16,430 nt of DNA from an uncultured bacterium (GTDB lineage: Bacteria; Caldisericota; Caldisericia; B22-G15): assembly GCA_965612865.1 (NCBI GenBank), contig CBFDTJ010000031.1:1-16430 (forward strand). Direction: 5' to 3'. A program made the position numbers and the translations under genes. A model generated the notes under the pieces. The model ran no database searches. It saw only the letters and a program-made list of their open reading frames with translations, and was not told the DNA's origin. Every line of letters starts with the position of its first letter. Positions within the stretch are counted from its first letter, which is position 1. Below, piece by piece: positions 15,082 through 16,430 of this stretch.

Positions 15082-16356
15082 TTATGGATATTTAAGAGTT
15101 ATACTTCTTTCAAAAGGATTCCATGAAATAGAGAAATTTAGTACCTCGGCTATAAATCTTACTGGAAGCATTGTTCTCCCATTAATGATAAAAGGCTTTA
15201 TTTTCAAATCCTCGTCAATCAATATCCTCTTACCATTTACTAATGCAAATTCTTTACCAATCCAGAACTTCAGGCTCTTATTTTTGTATACTATCTCAAC
15301 ACTTCTTTCTATTCTATTCCAGCTAATCTTTCCACCTATTCCTTCTACAATAAATCTTACTGGAACAAAAGTTCTTCCATTAATTATTAAAGGGGGTACA
15401 TCCATTTTTCCCACTTTATCATTCACATAGAAGTGTCTTTTCCCAACAAAGATCTTAATCTCTATATAGTTTATATAGGTAACATAAAATGTTTTTTCAA
15501 CCTTGTTTTCCATGTTATCAATAGTCTCAATAGTTATTTTATTTCTACCTTCTTTAAGGAGAAGAATGGTATCGAAGCTCCCATTATTATCCACTTCAAT
15601 AATAATTCCGTTGATCTTTAAAATTTTAATACCTGAAAGGTTGTCTGTAACCCTGCCCTTTAAAACCAAATTCTCATTATAAACTTCATCAGGGATAAAA
15701 ATATCGATTTCTGGTGGAGTTGTATCCTTATATATAATGAGTTTTTTTACACTTGTGTTACCAGCATGATCGGTTGCTTCAATAATAAATTCATTTCTTC
15801 CTTCTTTAAGTTTAAGGGTTTTTCTAAATGTTGAACAGCCACATCTATTTATCTTCTCACCGTTGACTTTTAAATCTTTTAAGCCGCTCTCATAGTCTCT
15901 AACACCCACAAGAAGATCAATCTCAGCTTCCTTAGTATAGAAATTGTTATCTTCTGGTTCAAGAATAACAAGATCTGGGGGGTTTTTATCCACAACGGTT
16001 ATAGAGACTATATCGCTTGCTTCTGAATAGTTATTCTTATCATCAAAGGCACTTACACTGTAATAGTATGTTTCATTAAGAAATACATTATAATCAACAA
16101 AACTTGTAATATTTCTTTCAACCTTAGCTATGGAGCGAAGATTCAATTTATCTGTTCCTCTAAATATTTCATAACCTGCTATGGGGTAATCACCGGGTAT
16201 TGCCATATTCCATTCAATTTTCACCTTTAATCCTATTTGTTGAACTTTTACTCCTTCGACCTTAGAAGGTGGCTTAAATATATCTTTTGATAAAGCAGAT
16301 GAGTTAAATAACACCAGTGCAAAAACAATCAAAATTAATATAATACCTCTCTTCAT
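15082..16356 (-). CDS. Secreted/surface protein: signal peptide, fibronectin type III domain, two tandem Ig-like repeats, C-terminal copper amine oxidase N-terminal-like (stalk) domain
   Basis: True start ATG 16356 (MKRGIILILIVFALVLFNSSALS); FN3 (IEW..IAGYEIFR..YYYSVSAFD); two D..PP...SG(L/I)K.LK(V/I)NG...LKEGRN repeats; duplicated IINGRT(F/M)(V/L)PVRFI.E motif. Confidence 0.85.
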   Translation of the reverse strand: MKRGIILILIVFALVLFNSSALSKDIFKPPSKVEGVKVQQIGLKVKIEWNMAIPGDYPIAGYEIFRGTDKLNLRSIAKVERNITSFVDYNVFLNETYYYSVSAFDDKNNYSEASDIVSITVVDKNPPDLVILEPEDNNFYTKEAEIDLLVGVRDYESGLKDLKVNGEKINRCGCSTFRKTLKLKEGRNEFIIEATDHAGNTSVKKLIIYKDTTPPEIDIFIPDEVYNENLVLKGRVTDNLSGIKILKINGIIIEVDNNGSFDTILLLKEGRNKITIETIDNMENKVEKTFYVTYINYIEIKIFVGKRHFYVNDKVGKMDVPPLIINGRTFVPVRFIVEGIGGKISWNRIERSVEIVYKNKSLKFWIGKEFALVNGKRILIDEDLKIKPFIINGRTMLPVRFIAEVLNFSISWNPFERSITLKYP

Positions 16357-16362
16357 TTTTAT

Positions 16363-16430
16363 CTGTCTCTTATACACATCTCCGAGCCCACGAGACTAGG
16401 CATGATCTCGTATGCCGTCTTCTGCTTGAA
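16363..16430 (+). other. Illumina Nextera adapter read-through (Tn5 mosaic end + read-2 primer + i7 index TAGGCATG + P7); sequencing artefact
   Basis: CTGTCTCTTATACACATCT (16363-16381), CCGAGCCCACGAGAC (16382-16396), TAGGCATG (16397-16404), ATCTCGTATGCCGTCTTCTGCTTG (16405-16428), AA. Confidence 0.99.

Noticed and set aside
16363..16381. Tn5/IS50 end suggesting a transposon
   Set aside because: It is the synthetic mosaic end followed by Illumina primer, index and P7; no transposase.

Overview
AT-rich bacterial core-genome contig; the gene mix and a secreted protein with a C-terminal copper-amine-oxidase-N-like domain are suggestive of Caldisericota or a similar anaerobe, but that is only an inference. 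In order: truncated radical SAM fragment joined out of frame to a truncated M24 Xaa-Pro peptidase; minus-strand ECF sigma / putative anti-sigma / beta-helix membrane protein operon; plus-strand era - two membrane proteins - rpsF - ssb - rpsR - rplI - dnaB; minus-strand rtcB - polysaccharide deacetylase lipoprotein; divergent tRNA-Arg(CCG) - TPR protein - roadblock/LC7 protein - rsmI - metG; minus-strand secreted FN3/Ig-like protein. The last 68 nt are an untrimmed Illumina Nextera adapter and the left end looks chimeric, so both ends are suspect. Best hidden signals: (1) an S6:S18-type autoregulatory rpsF leader RNA embedded in the upstream CDS, (2) a perfect internal RBS+ATG in metG that would yield a stand-alone 111-aa Trbp111/CsaA-like protein, (3) an SSB lacking its terminal Phe next to a DnaB with an SSB-like acidic PF tail, (4) a likely leaderless era transcript back-to-back with an ECF-type promoter, (5) a TPR + orphan roadblock module hitched to a tRNA opposite rtcB. 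No mobile element, CRISPR array or defence system was seen.
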